Assembly: GCF_018350175.1 (NCBI RefSeq) | Contig: NC_058368.1 | Location: 18,478,001 to 18,542,000 of the forward strand | DNA length: 64,000 bases | Reading direction: 5' to 3' | Origin: Felis catus | Taxonomy: Eukaryota | In this document: one piece after another, positions 34,486 to 46,584 of the stretch | Position numbering within the stretch: the first letter of the stretch is position 1 | How the letters are laid out: each line of letters starts with the position of its first letter | Translations under genes and position numbers: made by a program | Notes under the pieces: generated by a model | Seen by the model: the letters and a program-made list of their open reading frames with translations, nothing else | Database searches by the model: none | What the model was told of the DNA's origin: nothing

Positions 34486-35864
34486 TCAAAAGGAGACCAA
34501 AGGGCCTGAGAATGTGGCTGGGACAAGAAAAGCTTATTGTAAGACCAATCACATTCATGGATTCTCCACTTTAGCCCCTGTGGAGAATCAAAGGAAATAT
34601 ACAAAGGCTCCCACATTTTCTAGTCTCTAAATAAAAATGCTCAGGATCCATTTCTGTTGCTCTCCTGCTGCTAACTGTATTAAGCTATGAGTATCTCACT
34701 GTCAGGATTCTTGAAGTTTCCTTAACATCCTCTAAGTGACTGGAAGCCTTTGAGGTGAGGTGGAGACAGTGCAAAAGCACAGAAAAGAAGTTGACATACT
34801 GAGAAGCCACAGAGAAACAAGATGAACCCAAGACTGAAAGCCTATGGCTTCTCTTTGTTGAAAGCTGCCCTTTTTTTTTTTTTTTCCACCTGCATTCTGT
34901 CTTCAAGAGATCTATCTGTGAGCTGGAATACCCAGCACAACATTCCCACATCAATTTGCCTTAGGCACATGCTATTGTAGGCTGAATTGAGACCATTTTT
35001 ACTATCTCCCCTGAACATCGTTTCCTTCCTGGCAACTTCCATTATCTCTCATGTGCCTTTCCCTTTGAAGACAAAAGGAGTCTGGAAGACAGTATCATTC
35101 AAATAGCAATGACCTTGGATTAATCTCTTTGCTTCCGGTTATGTCCCCTGCTTTATACTATCTCTGAAATTATGTCCTTGAGATATCTGGAATTCAAGGA
35201 TGAGACAGTATCTAAGTTCATGCCCCCAAACTACTACATCTCCCTACGAAAGTCTAGACAGCCTGGCATCCCCAAGTAAGAATTCTCCTCTCTACCTATT
35301 AAATGGTGAAAAGTTGGGATGGCAAAGAAATTTGAATCAACCATTAAAATGATTTGGTGTGCATCAGCACTTTCCAAACTGGGGTATGAGGTACCAAATG
35401 ATATAAGCTGTGGGCCAGATCATTCATGAAAACGCAGATAAAATTGTTCACTTTGGAACTTCAGATTTACTTGAAGATGGGAAAGGGGATTTTGTCTTAA
35501 TATCAAATAAGCACAGATATATTAAGAGGTAGACGGCCAAGTTTGCATAGGCTTTTTAAAAGATAAAATAGGAGACTTCAAAGAAATTTCAGGCCTCTAG
35601 ACAGACTGCTTCCTGCCCCCTAAATCCGAAAGGCAAAGATTCCCCCTCCTCTGCCATGAGGGCATTTCAGATGCTTGGGGAAGATTCTTGGCTGGAAGAA
35701 TAAGAAAATGAAACAAACTCATAGGTCAGTCCGACAAGATGAAAAAAGTCCGGAGGATAAACTAGGCCATGTCTAGAATGAGAATGTACTGAAGCTGCAC
35801 AGACACCAATTAAGAGACAAGCGGGTAGACCTAGAATATAGACCAAGGGAGACAAAGTAGATGA

Positions 35865-35990
35865 CTCACTTGCTATGTAGCCTTGGGGAGGACATCCCAT
35901 CTCCCTGAGTCTCAGTTTCCTCACCTGTAAAGTGAAGGAATTGTACTAGATGAAAAGCTATCATCCCTTTACAATGCTTGAACGATTTCT
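35865..35990 (+). mobile_element. MIR
   Basis: CTTGCTATGTAGCCTTGGGG...CTCCCTGAGTCTCAGTTTCCTCACCTGTAAAGTGAAGG. Confidence 0.75.
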
Positions 35991-36199
35991 AACCTTTAAA
36001 ACTTAGATTTCAAATAAACCCCTGAATTGTTATCTTCTCTGAAAAAATGAGAACATCTTATCGCTGAGCCTGTAATATCCTCCCATGGCAGCTATTTGTT
36101 GGAGTGAAGTGAGTCTCCCTTAGATAGGGCAGGATCCCCACTGTGCCCTAAGGTTCTACGTGGGCCCTGGTGGCTCCCGACGTTGACCTGTTTTGCCCA

Positions 36200-36402
36200 A
36201 CTATAGACGTAATGAGTCCCAACCAGTGGCCTCTGGCTCTTAGTGCTACTTGAACTTAAATTGAAACTAAAATTCAATAATGTTTCAAATTCAGTTCCTC
36301 AGTCACTCTGGTCTATTTCCAGGCTCAATGAGATGGACGGTGAACCGGACATTGCAGATCCATGATAGTCCCATCATTACAGAGAGTTCCATTAGGGCAA
36401 CA
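36200..36402. mobile_element. MER3 hAT-Charlie MITE
   Basis: AAATTCAGTTCCTCAGTCACTCTGGTCTATTTCCAGGCTCAAT...CCATCATTACAGAGAGTTCCATTAGG. Confidence 0.75.
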
Positions 36403-36545
36403 CAAACACTTGAACTTTTGACCCCAGGCTTCATGACATTTCAGATCCCTGGTAGCCCTGATATTCCAACTTCTTTGTGGGGAAACCGGCCAAGAAAGAT
36501 TGCAGCTACTGTACAAATGTCCCTTTTAAAAAATCTCTCCTTCCT

Positions 36546-36681
36546 GGGGCTCCTGGGTGGCTCAGTTGGTTAAGCGTCTGACTCTTGATTTCAGCTCAGG
36601 TTATGATCTCACGGTTCATGAGTTCAAGTCCCACGATGGGCTCCATGCTGGCAGTGTAGAGCCTGCTTGGGATTCTCCCTT

Positions 36682-36727
<46 letters not shown>

Positions 36728-36772
36728 CCTCCCCTGCTCTCTCTCTCTCAAAATAAATCAATAAACTTAAAA
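36546..36772 (+). mobile_element. SINEC_Fc2-like SINE
   Basis: Full body. Imperfect TSD AAAAAATCT(C/T)TCCTTC on both sides. Confidence 0.95.
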
Positions 36773-37508
36773 AAAAAATCTTTCCTTCTAGATCTGTTGC
36801 CATGGACAGAGATAACTTCTGAAGACACATTCTTAAATCGAGAGCCTATATGGCTTCTGCCACGAGCAAGGAGGGACAGGTGTGTGGATTTGTCTTCAGG
36901 GGCCAGTTTGGTGCGGGCAGCTGGAAGCAGGCAGCCCCTTCCCTCCCAGCAGCCCAAAGCAGCCCAGCTGCCTCCAAATGAGAGCAGCCGGTTCCCATTC
37001 GAATTCCCGACTTAAGAAAGGGTAATTAAGACAGACGTGCAAATGATATCCATTCCAAAGGTGCTCTCTTGCAAAAGAAATTAGGGCAAATCTAAAAGCC
37101 ATTAGACTATGGACACAGCATAATGGAATAAGCAATGGAAAGCCTGCCTCCTGGCACAGAGACCGTCAGGAGAGCGGTAGGTGCAAGCCTTGCTTGAGCA
37201 GTACTAACGGGTAATTACAAATGAGCAGGATTCCCCCACCTTGTTCCAGCCAGCCCCTCCCGGAGCACAATCGGGCAGCACTTAGTTAGCAGTTAATAAG
37301 CCACTGTATGCGCCAGGCAGCCGCAAAGTTACATTTTTCCTAACACTGTCATTCACATTGGCCTTCTCCCATTGGATCAGCAAACATGAGATATCCCTGT
37401 TCACTTTCACACAAACCCTAGAATTTCAGTTTGAGAAATACCATACCCAGCGTCTTCTAAGTGGGGATTCGAAACGATTGAAGACCCTCTCCGAGATGGG
37501 TGGAAGGG

Positions 37509-37672
37509 CAATGGTCTTCAATCCAGCTGCCAGCTTGTAAAAAAAGAAATACCTAACCTGGGCATCACCCCAGCCCAGTTAGGTCAGAATTCTGGGAGCG
37601 GGGCCGAGGGATCGGTATGTTTTGTAAACATCCCAGAGGATTCCAAGATGCGGCAGTATCGAGGACCACTGG
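37509..37672. mobile_element. MER5A
   Basis: CAATGGTCTTCAATCC...GGTCAGAATTCTGGGAGCGGGGCC...GAGGACCACTGG. Confidence 0.7.
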
Positions 37673-39184
37673 CTTTTGTAATCTGGGGGCCCACTCAACC
37701 ACACTGCCCACATCCTGCTGTCAGACCTTCAGGGAGAGCAGGACACTTCCCTGCCTTGGCCTCTTCGTTAACAGATGGACGGTCACAACACTGACCTGTA
37801 GTGCGGTGGTCACAGGACAGCCGATTCAGGCAGAGGGTAAGCATCAGAGATGCTGGGTACCGAGGGCCCAGAAGCTTTTCTGCCTCTAGCCCAGGATCCG
37901 AGAGGATTTCTCCCCCATCATTTCCACGTTCCCTGGGATCCTGGGCTTGGGAGAGGGAGTGGGAGGTTTAGCTATGGGAATTGGGTTGTGCCCTGAGTAT
38001 ATGGGGCAGGAAGAGACAGGAAAGAGGTGATGAGAGGGATCCAAGAAGTTTGGGGAGAGGAAAATAAAATAAGTAGGCATGCAGCTGGTAAGCCATGAAA
38101 CTGGGAGTGAAAAAGAAAGCCAGTTAGCAAAGAGGGACGTGACAGGCACAAGTCCGGCAGCCAGAGACAGCAACAGCTGCCCACTGTCCGTGTGTGGCAC
38201 CCAGAGGAAGCACGTGTCCTCACATGTCCAGTGTGACACCCGATCAGCACAGATGTCAGCCTGAAATACAGGCGCTGGCAGGGCGGGGATCCGCGAGCAA
38301 CCTCGGTTGATTTCTAGATTGTTTTGCAAAACCCAGCAAACAGCATGGGTCCTGCTGCCTGGCGTCATCCCTGCATATCTAAGAAGCAGTGGAATACGGG
38401 ACAGCTAGAGTTACGAGCTCCCTCACACATGGGCTGGCTCGGGGAGTCTTGGCTGAGCAGCTGTCCTCTGCTGACCCCGACATAATCTCTCCCTAATGAA
38501 TTTTCCTCTTGATATCTCAAGCAGATGGCTCAACAGGAGAGTGAACACATTCCCAAATCCTAGAGCACGACTCTGTACACACAGGGAAATGTGGGTTTTG
38601 TTTCACTATTTGTTTTTTTGTTTTTTGTTTTTTGTTTTTTTGTTTTTGAAGATGTGCTATATAAACACAATAATGTCTTGGGGGCTCTCAATGTCTTACG
38701 AGAAACAGCCAGGCCTTTCCTGGGAGCCAGATCTTGGCAGGATCTTGCTCTTTGGCACTCTTGGTGATGTTTGCCATATGCTAACTTTTCTGCCAGTTTG
38801 AGAGCTTTACCTGAAGAGACGGTTGCTTGGGCTTCAGCACTGCACAGTTTTGTGCCTGTCAGGGCTCCTCAGCTAAAGGTCGGGAGCCCCTCACACTGGT
38901 GGCTGTGCCTGTCTGGGGCCTCTTTCAGACATTTTAATTGCTTTTCCTGGGCAGAGGAAGGGAATAAAATACCCCACTCCATTGGCATAGTTACTGCACA
39001 GAGGGGGATTCAAGAACTCAGCCTCTGGGCAGAAGGAAAAGGTTGAATTCCATGCAGAATCTTGTATGAATCCCGAAACATAAATAAAACCCCAGGAGGG
39101 GACGAAGCATATATACATGCCCATTCCTTAGGGACAAGGCCCTCAGACTCATGAAAGGCAGGAAGAAACATCAGGGATAATCTC

Positions 39185-39545
39185 TTGCAATGGCTCTTGA
39201 ATCGGCTGCACTTTAGAACCGCCTGGGGAGTTTTTCAAAGCGAATCGTCTTGGTCTCATCCCAGAGGCAGAACCTCAGGGCTGGGCTCTCGTGTGGTTAT
39301 TTCTCCTTGGTTCCCCAGCTTATGCCGTTCTGGCACTCAGGGACTCCCGCGGGTAGCAGAGCTGAGCTGGAGACCCCGCCCCCTCCTCCGGGGCATCCCA
39401 AACTTGACTGTGCACAGGAATCACCTGCCGGGAACCCTGATGAAATGCAGGTACTGATTCACAAGGTCTGGGTCCAGCAGTTCTGAAAGCCTCCCGGGAG
39501 AGGCGGGTGTTGCTGCTGGTCCTCGGATGGCATCTGAGGCGCTGG
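39185..39545. mobile_element. MER5A/B fragments (two copies)
   Basis: GGCTGCACTTTAGAACCGCCTGGGGAG and CAAACTTGACTGTGCACAGGAATCACCTG...GCTGCTGGTCCTCGGA. Confidence 0.65.
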
Positions 39546-40021
39546 CCCCAGCATCCAGACCCGTAAATAGATGAGTCACGTGCCCATTAACCTCCGGTCT
39601 TTCAAAGATCAAGATTAGAGAGCCATTGCGGTAGAGAGGTTGGATGGGAATGATCCACATCTTTTATCCTGATTCTGGAACTTAACTGCTGTGTCGCTTA
39701 GCGTCTTTGATCTTCCATTTCCTCAGGTGTTCAAATGGAGAGGAAACTAATGCCACTTCACAAAGCCATTGGGCTGATGAGTTCTGTTCTGCAAACTGTA
39801 AAGCACTATGAAATGAAGGGGTTTATTATCCAATTGGCCTTTGAAAGACACCAACTTTAGCCCTTAAACATTGGTTGTTTATATGTACACACACATCACT
39901 TCTTTATAGTCCTTTAGTTCTCCCAATAGGAGCATATGAATGTGGGCGCACATGTAACAGAGGATTTTCATTTCCTAAAAGGTTGTAACCTCCTACATAC
40001 ATGTGTGTTTCTTGTGTATGG

Positions 40022-40024
<3 letters not shown>

Positions 40025-40066
<42 letters not shown>
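40025..40066. repeat. (GT)21 microsatellite
   Basis: Direct reading. Confidence 0.98.
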
Positions 40067-40067
<1 letters not shown>

Positions 40068-41479
40068 CTTGTCCTGTGGCCTGGTGGGGGGGAAGGGGTT
40101 AATTACGAGGAAGCTCTCTTCAACCAGGAAGATTCAAGACTGCGGAACAAATGTTCAGAATCAGCAGCCAAATTGGTAGCTTTTCTTGCTTCTTTCCATT
40201 GCATTAACACACCCTTAGCCAAAACAAAATGGAACCGTGGCCTGGCCAACTCAATCTCAACATTCTGCGTGGCTGCATGTCCCCGCTGGGCTGAGTATTG
40301 CAAGTCATGTCTAGTACTGCAATTCAAGTGTAGGCTAGCCAGGGAGATGATCTCTTAGGACCCTAACCCTTTTCGAGGTTTGAGACCCCCCCCCACTCCC
40401 ATTCACACTGACATGTCTGGCCAGCACCGGTCATGCCATGCATGTATGTTCGTTCCCAAAAGAAATGAAACCCTTGGCAAATACTTAAACCACATTCTGG
40501 AAGCCACTCCTGAGGTTGCGCAAACACATTTGGCACATGCTTAAGGGACCAAGCAGTTCTCTGGGTTGAATCTCAGAAACAAAATGTACTTGTCCTACTT
40601 CCGAGATCGTGTCTGAGGACTTGGCTCCCTCGGCCGAGGGACTGCCTCCTCGCTGATGTCATCGTGCCATGGAAAGCAAACATCTTCGGGTTCAGCAGTT
40701 CAGGACCAGAAGTGAGAAAAGGTGGGGATGCGGGAAGCGGCCCAGGCTTGGCTCTGCTAAGACAACTTAGAGATACACTGACACTTGCAACTGAAGCATC
40801 TTAGAATAGAAAGGTATTGGCACCGTGTGTGAAGAGGGGCCACCCCACTGGAAAACCCCTGGGCGAGGGTTACTGGTCATGATGCACCTCCATTAAGTAG
40901 GGTTTTAGGGAGCACCAGGTGCTGCCCAGAAGCCTCGTCCCCAGAAGTCCAGAGGGTACTTGATACCCAAACCATACGATGAAATAATTTCCACATAGAG
41001 CTCATACCCTGCTTTCATGTCACTCTTTGTAATATCTCAGACATCCAGTGACTACGTTTTCCCAGCCAAATCAAGGCGGATCCTGCTGGACCCAAGCACA
41101 TTTCTCAACTCCAGGTTATCCGTCAGCACACAAAGTACCCAACTAGGCTCTCAGAGGGCCATTCTGGAGAAGAGCTTCTTTTAGTTAAAACAAAAACAAA
41201 AAAAAAGGAGGTGGGGGATCATCTTTTCCACATTCATATTCTTCACCTATAACATCTGAAATTTTTATTACCACTTAAGACCTCCCTAGCGTCTAATGTG
41301 TCTGATCGCATAGCCTCACCTAGGCTTTGTGGCCAGAATAAAAGTCACCATGAAATGAGGCCTGATGGTGACAAGGGTCCGATACCCATGCCACACAGAG
41401 ATTTGCATCACGAAGTCTTAGACAGCGACAGATGTGGGCCTTCCTTTATTTCCTCCAAAGAATGATCAACCAGACTAGA

Positions 41480-41650
41480 GGCCCATGCCTGGCTGTCCAC
41501 TGGAAGCCGCTGGAAGCTTTGTAAAAGTTCTAACACCTATATTCTTAGCCAAACTAAGTGAATTGGAATCTCTCTGAGGGGACCCGTCATCAGAATCTGT
41601 TAGAGGCTCCTCCGTTGATTCTAATGGATAGCTGTGCCTGAGAAAGTACA
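41480..41650. mobile_element. MER5-type MITE
   Basis: CCTGGCTGTCCACTGGAAGCCGCTGGAAGCTTTGTAAAA...TGATTCTAATG. Confidence 0.55.
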
Positions 41651-41679
41651 GCTATCATGAAATCTCTTTTTCTTCTAGG

Positions 41680-42140
41680 TGAAAATATTTTAGCCCAGAG
41701 ACCTCAAGTGCTTTGCCTAAGGTCACACAGATAATTAAGGGCAGAGCTGTGACCAGGGCCCAGGTAGACCGATTAATTGCTAGGCCAGCTCCCTGTTTGA
41801 ACCGCAGGTAAGCATCAGGTACACTGATGCTGCAGTAGGGCTCAGAGTGAAGTTAAAAGAAACAGACTCCCTGGGCCTGCCTGTTGGAAAAACCACTTAA
41901 TTGATTAATCTGAATTCCACTTCTGCCAGCCTACTACGGGACCTTGGCAAAACACTAGGCCCTGCAAAACCTTATACCCCCGGGCTACAAAGTGGGGGTG
42001 GGTGTGTCTGGGGTGGAGACAGGTAACACTAATAATTACCTTCCTTCTGGAATTGTAGGAGTTTAATGAAATGACTATAAAATGTTTTGCACATTGCTTG
42101 GCACAGTGCTCCATGACGTGGACTGGTATTATTGTTAACA
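41680..42140. mobile_element. Two MIRs (about 41680-41790 minus, 41895-42140 plus)
   Basis: GTGCTTTGCCTAAGGTCACACAG and TTGTAGGAGTTTAATGAAATGAC...CACATTGCTTGGCACAG. Confidence 0.7.
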
Positions 42141-42764
42141 TCACACAGATGTGCTAGTACCAGTCCTCAGACTTCATGGCGTCACTATCTGAAGCCAGCA
42201 GCATGTCATATGCAGGAGACAGAGCTGGGGATCGACCTTGAGAATGCTCCCCTGTAAACACGCAGGGACAAGGAAACATGGCCTTTCTGGACTTCCAAGA
42301 TAATTTGCTGGTTCAAATTCCAACCAAATTACTCGGAATGAGGTTCTCAGTTCTCCCTGCCTTTAGGGCTCTTTAGATACACGCAGTCTCTTTGTTCTCA
42401 AATTCAGCGGACACAGGAGTAGAGAACAGAACCTTTGACTCATCATCCTTCCAGACAATACTGAACAGCTCAGGGGGATTTCCCATCTCAAGGACCCAAG
42501 TCGGTCCCCACGCAGCAGCGCAAGAAAAAAGAATAGAAGATTAGAAAACCCATCCTGTTCCCTTCCTCAAACTTCCTCCTTCTTTCAGGACTTATGTTAC
42601 TGACACCATCGTTTTTTGATCACCGTGACTCAAGACTTCATTTGTTCATGATTCCCTTTTGTTCTTCAATCTTTACAACAGAAGAAAGGTCTCTCTTCTC
42701 TGTGTCCATTCTCTTCCCCGCTTAAGCCCTCATTCGCTTCCACCCGAATTCTTCTCCCGAACTC

Positions 42765-42930
42765 TTTGCTGCTGGAAGTGTGGCCTGCACACCAGCAGCT
42801 TTGGCATCACCTGGCAGCCTGTTATAAATGGAGAACTGTGGGGCTTACCCTAGACCTGCCGAACCAAACCTGCATTGTCACAAGATGCCCAGGTGACTCG
42901 CATGCATGCGGTAGTTGAGAAGCGCTGGGC
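42765..42930. mobile_element. MER5A
   Basis: AAGTGTGGCCTGCACACCAGCAGCTTTGGCATCACCTGG...CAAGATGCCCAGGTGACTCGCATGCA...TTGAGAAGCGCTG. Confidence 0.85.
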
Positions 42931-43189
42931 TGACACATTTTCCTTCCCGGGCTCTGCGTATTTTCCACGTGCGAATATGGAACCGCGGGGTCACCTTACT
43001 ACAGTGCTGCCTCATGCCGCTCTCAAGCTCAGACCCTTCAGCTTTCCCTACTGTCTGCCAGAACAAGCCGCATTAGTATTTGATGTGCACACAGGGCTCT
43101 CCAATTACAAAGCATTTCCACTTAGCATTTTATCTACGGTCACATCTAATACATCAGCAATTTCATGGTAAGACTTCAAATAACCCAAA

Positions 43190-43850
43190 TCCAACAGCCA
43201 TGTCTCCCAACAACCACCCTGTCTAAACCACCATCGCTGCTTGCCTAAATTTCCACGATGGCCCTCCATCTGGTCTCCCCACCTCCATTCATGTCCCGCT
43301 ACAATTCTCTTCTCATGGAATGAACTGTGCCCCGCCCCTCCCCTCTATTTCCCGGTAAAATGAAAATCAAATGCCTTCCCTTAGACCACGTGACCCTGTG
43401 CGGTCTTTCCTGACCATCTTAAGGAACTTGTCTCCTCCATCTCCTCCCCCTGCCCTCTATCCACACGGGCCATCCTCTGATCCTCTGATCCTCATCCATG
43501 GTCTTGCTCTCACCTCTGCCTGGAACTCTAGTCCCTAAGGTCTTCATACTTATGGCTCATTTCTATCAGTCGTCCACTCTTCCATGAGCCCTTTCCCAAC
43601 TGCCATATTTAAATTAGCAAGAACCCAGCTCTTCTCCCATGTCTCATTATTCTCTCCCCAGCTGTCCATTCTCCTTCCTTCGCGGCAATTACCTCTATCT
43701 GAAATTATCTTATTTCTTTTCAGCTAGTCTATGCATGTATTATCTGGGTCTCTGCACCAACATATCAGCTCTTTGAGACCAGAGCCCTACGCGCCTGTTT
43801 CCCTCAGTATCCCTAGGACCGAGGCCCTCGGTTCGCATTTCTTGCAAGAA
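43190..43850 (+). mobile_element. L2 3' region
   Basis: CCACCATCGCTGCTTGCCT...CCTCTGCCTGGAACTCT...CAGTATCCCTAGGACC. Confidence 0.7.
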
Positions 43851-45454
43851 CTATTGGCCCAACGCCATTTCCTTTATTTTGAGCCTCACAATAATCTTAT
43901 GACCACCAGTTCACACACTAATCCACCATTCTATTAGGAATCCTCCAATTGCTTAATGATTTGTCAATGAAGGAGTTTGTTTTTAATTCCAAGGCCAATG
44001 GGAAAGGGGGGGGAGGGGGAGGGCATAATTTCTTCTATGAGAAGAGAAATGTAGCAGTCAGCTAGTATGTTACAATGTCATAATCCAACCCAGATCTTCT
44101 TGCTCCAGATTCTACGATTTCCTCAATATACAACACTCTCTTTCATACCAATTATTAAGCCTGATATTCGAGGGTATCCATAACGTATACCGAATCTCTC
44201 ATTTAAATAAGTATTTTCCAGTATATTGTTTCAAATTCCAGCAAAGCTGCATGTTCCCTTTTCCCCAAACATCCCCCACACTCTCCTGATTTTGTTCATG
44301 CTGTACCAGTTACCTGGAATGCCTTCCTTTCTCCTACTCTCTCAGCCCATCCATGCCTATTGGAATCCCACCCTCTTTAAAGTTCCATAGAAGATACTAT
44401 GCCCTCCATCAAGAGTATAAAACCTGATGCATTCTTTCTCCTTTGTGGATTCTGACAGAAGCTACCCCCTCCTTTTTTTTCTCTACCTTCTTTATGATAC
44501 GTCATCATAATCTGCTTTGTGGAACAACTGCATAGTATATCATTTCCCATCTGCCTTCTAAATAGCATGTGCTCCCCAGAAGGTTCCATGTCTATCTCAA
44601 CTCCTTGCCATACCCTTTATAAAGACCATACATGTGTACTGTACTGCATTTGCCTGCTTTAAAGATCTTTCATCTTAAAAATATTATGAAAAAAATTTAC
44701 AATGTCTGATTGTGACACAAACGTGGTATACAAATCTATGAAGAAATTGAAAAGACTCAGGAAAGGAAAAAATGACTATCACATACTTCTGGAAATGAGA
44801 ACTTGTTTTTAGGTTTCAGAAGAGGAACAAATGACAATGCATGCTACTCATACGTTGCTCCCCTCTCTGAGAAGACAGAAAACAAGATGGAGAAAGAAAA
44901 CAAGAAAGAGAGAAAGAACAACTGACCTTACTTTATCCCCACTGATTGCTGACAAGTAGAGTATAGAGCGTGGGAATTGATTCAACTCTACATGTGCCTG
45001 AGGCTCGATCCAGTAGCAACCCAAAGGCAGGATGTTGGTGGCTGCCAAGCCCTGGTCACAAGAGACAGGGCATGTCAGGAACCACGGCAGGGATCCAAAA
45101 GAAGGCTGTGCAGGGTGTGATGGCGTCAGCAGCACTTCTGGACTATGGTCTAGTTTGGATCCCAAATGGCTTCTAGAGTTTTTTCAGAGGGCCAATGGCC
45201 TACCTTGATTAAGAGATTTATCTCTCTCTGTCTACCCACTCCCACCTTTCTTGTGTCTAAGCCTTCTCAGGTTCTCAAGAACATAGTGAAATAATCAGAA
45301 AGGTAGGTTTACTGTGAAACTTATGAAGGTTAAGATTTGAGGCCCTTCATGTGCCTAAGCTGGGAATTGCTGGGACGTTTACAGAGTTCTAAATGCATAA
45401 GGAAAGCCGGTTTAGAACAGGGAAGCATTCTAAGAAAGGACTCTGGCAAACTGG

Positions 45455-45456
<2 letters not shown>

Positions 45457-45487
<31 letters not shown>
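45457..45487. repeat. A31 homopolymer
   Basis: Direct reading. Confidence 0.95.
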
Positions 45488-45489
<2 letters not shown>

Positions 45490-46542
45490 AACTTGGAAAA
45501 AAGGGAAATGAACCTCTAAAGCTCCAGTAGTTTATTATAATTTCTTTACTCATTCTAAATAAATGTTTACATTCATGCCTAACATGTCATTTTATGCTTT
45601 TTTTTTCCATTAACGAGGAGCCCCACACACAAAATATGTAGGGTTCAGGCAAAACAAACTTGAACTGGCCCCTAAAATAGTATCAACCAGAAACAAGAAT
45701 GAATGACTTCACTCATTCAGCAATGCTTACTAAACACCACCCCTGCTCACAAAACACAGTGAATGCTGATGAACGAAAGAATGCCAGGGACTGGGGCTAA
45801 AAGAGCAAACAAAGTAGATGTCCTTGAATTTTGAGACATTACAGGCCTGTCAAAATATTCAAGTGCTTGGAATAGATTCACATTCCCCAGAAGCACTATA
45901 CTGAGGATAAATTCCCATCTCAGCTCTGGAAAGACTCAGGTGAACATCCACCTATTCTCTTCTAACCCTGGTCACTTTGTCACAGAAGGTACGGACAACT
46001 GATCATCCCATTGATGCTCAACCAAGTCAAAAACCAAACGAAGTCACTGCCGTTCCCAAATGCAAACCAATGTCTATGCTCACTCACCTCCCCAGTCCTA
46101 CCCCAAATCAGGCAGACTGGATCCGACAGTTTCAAAGGCATGGCAAGCATCCAAGCCAACTGGCCACCCTGGGAAACCCACCCACCAGTCATTTAGAAGG
46201 GGTGCCAGCTCTTAGCTGCAGGCTAAGGAGGCTCACCCACCTCCTTAAAAAATAAATAAATAAAGCATCTGTTCTTGAGCTTCATCATAAAATTCACTGG
46301 TTTGTAGAATAAGGATTTAATGGGTTGAGGAGGATAAAATATTGTGCCAAAATCACAAAAGTAATGAGGCCAAGGCAGTCAGGGTATTGATTGATGGACT
46401 CATTCATTCATTCATTCATTCACTCAGCAAAGATTTATTGAGCACCTACCATAGACTAGAGGATATATCCATGAACAGAACAGAATTGCCGTGCTCTTGG
46501 AGCCGACACTCCAGCGGGAGATAGACAGATAAGTGAGAGCTT

Positions 46543-46546
<4 letters not shown>

Positions 46547-46582
<36 letters not shown>
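46547..46582. repeat. (GA)18 microsatellite next to an antisense L2 3' end (46400-46530)
   Basis: Direct reading. Upstream text CATTCATTCATT...TTTATTGAGCACCTAC is the L2 end. Confidence 0.95.

Positions 46583-46584
<2 letters not shown>

Noticed and set aside
45457..45487. Poly-A tail of a processed pseudogene or orphan retro-insertion
   Set aside because: No convincing TSD, no adjacent AATAAA and no recognisable mRNA upstream.
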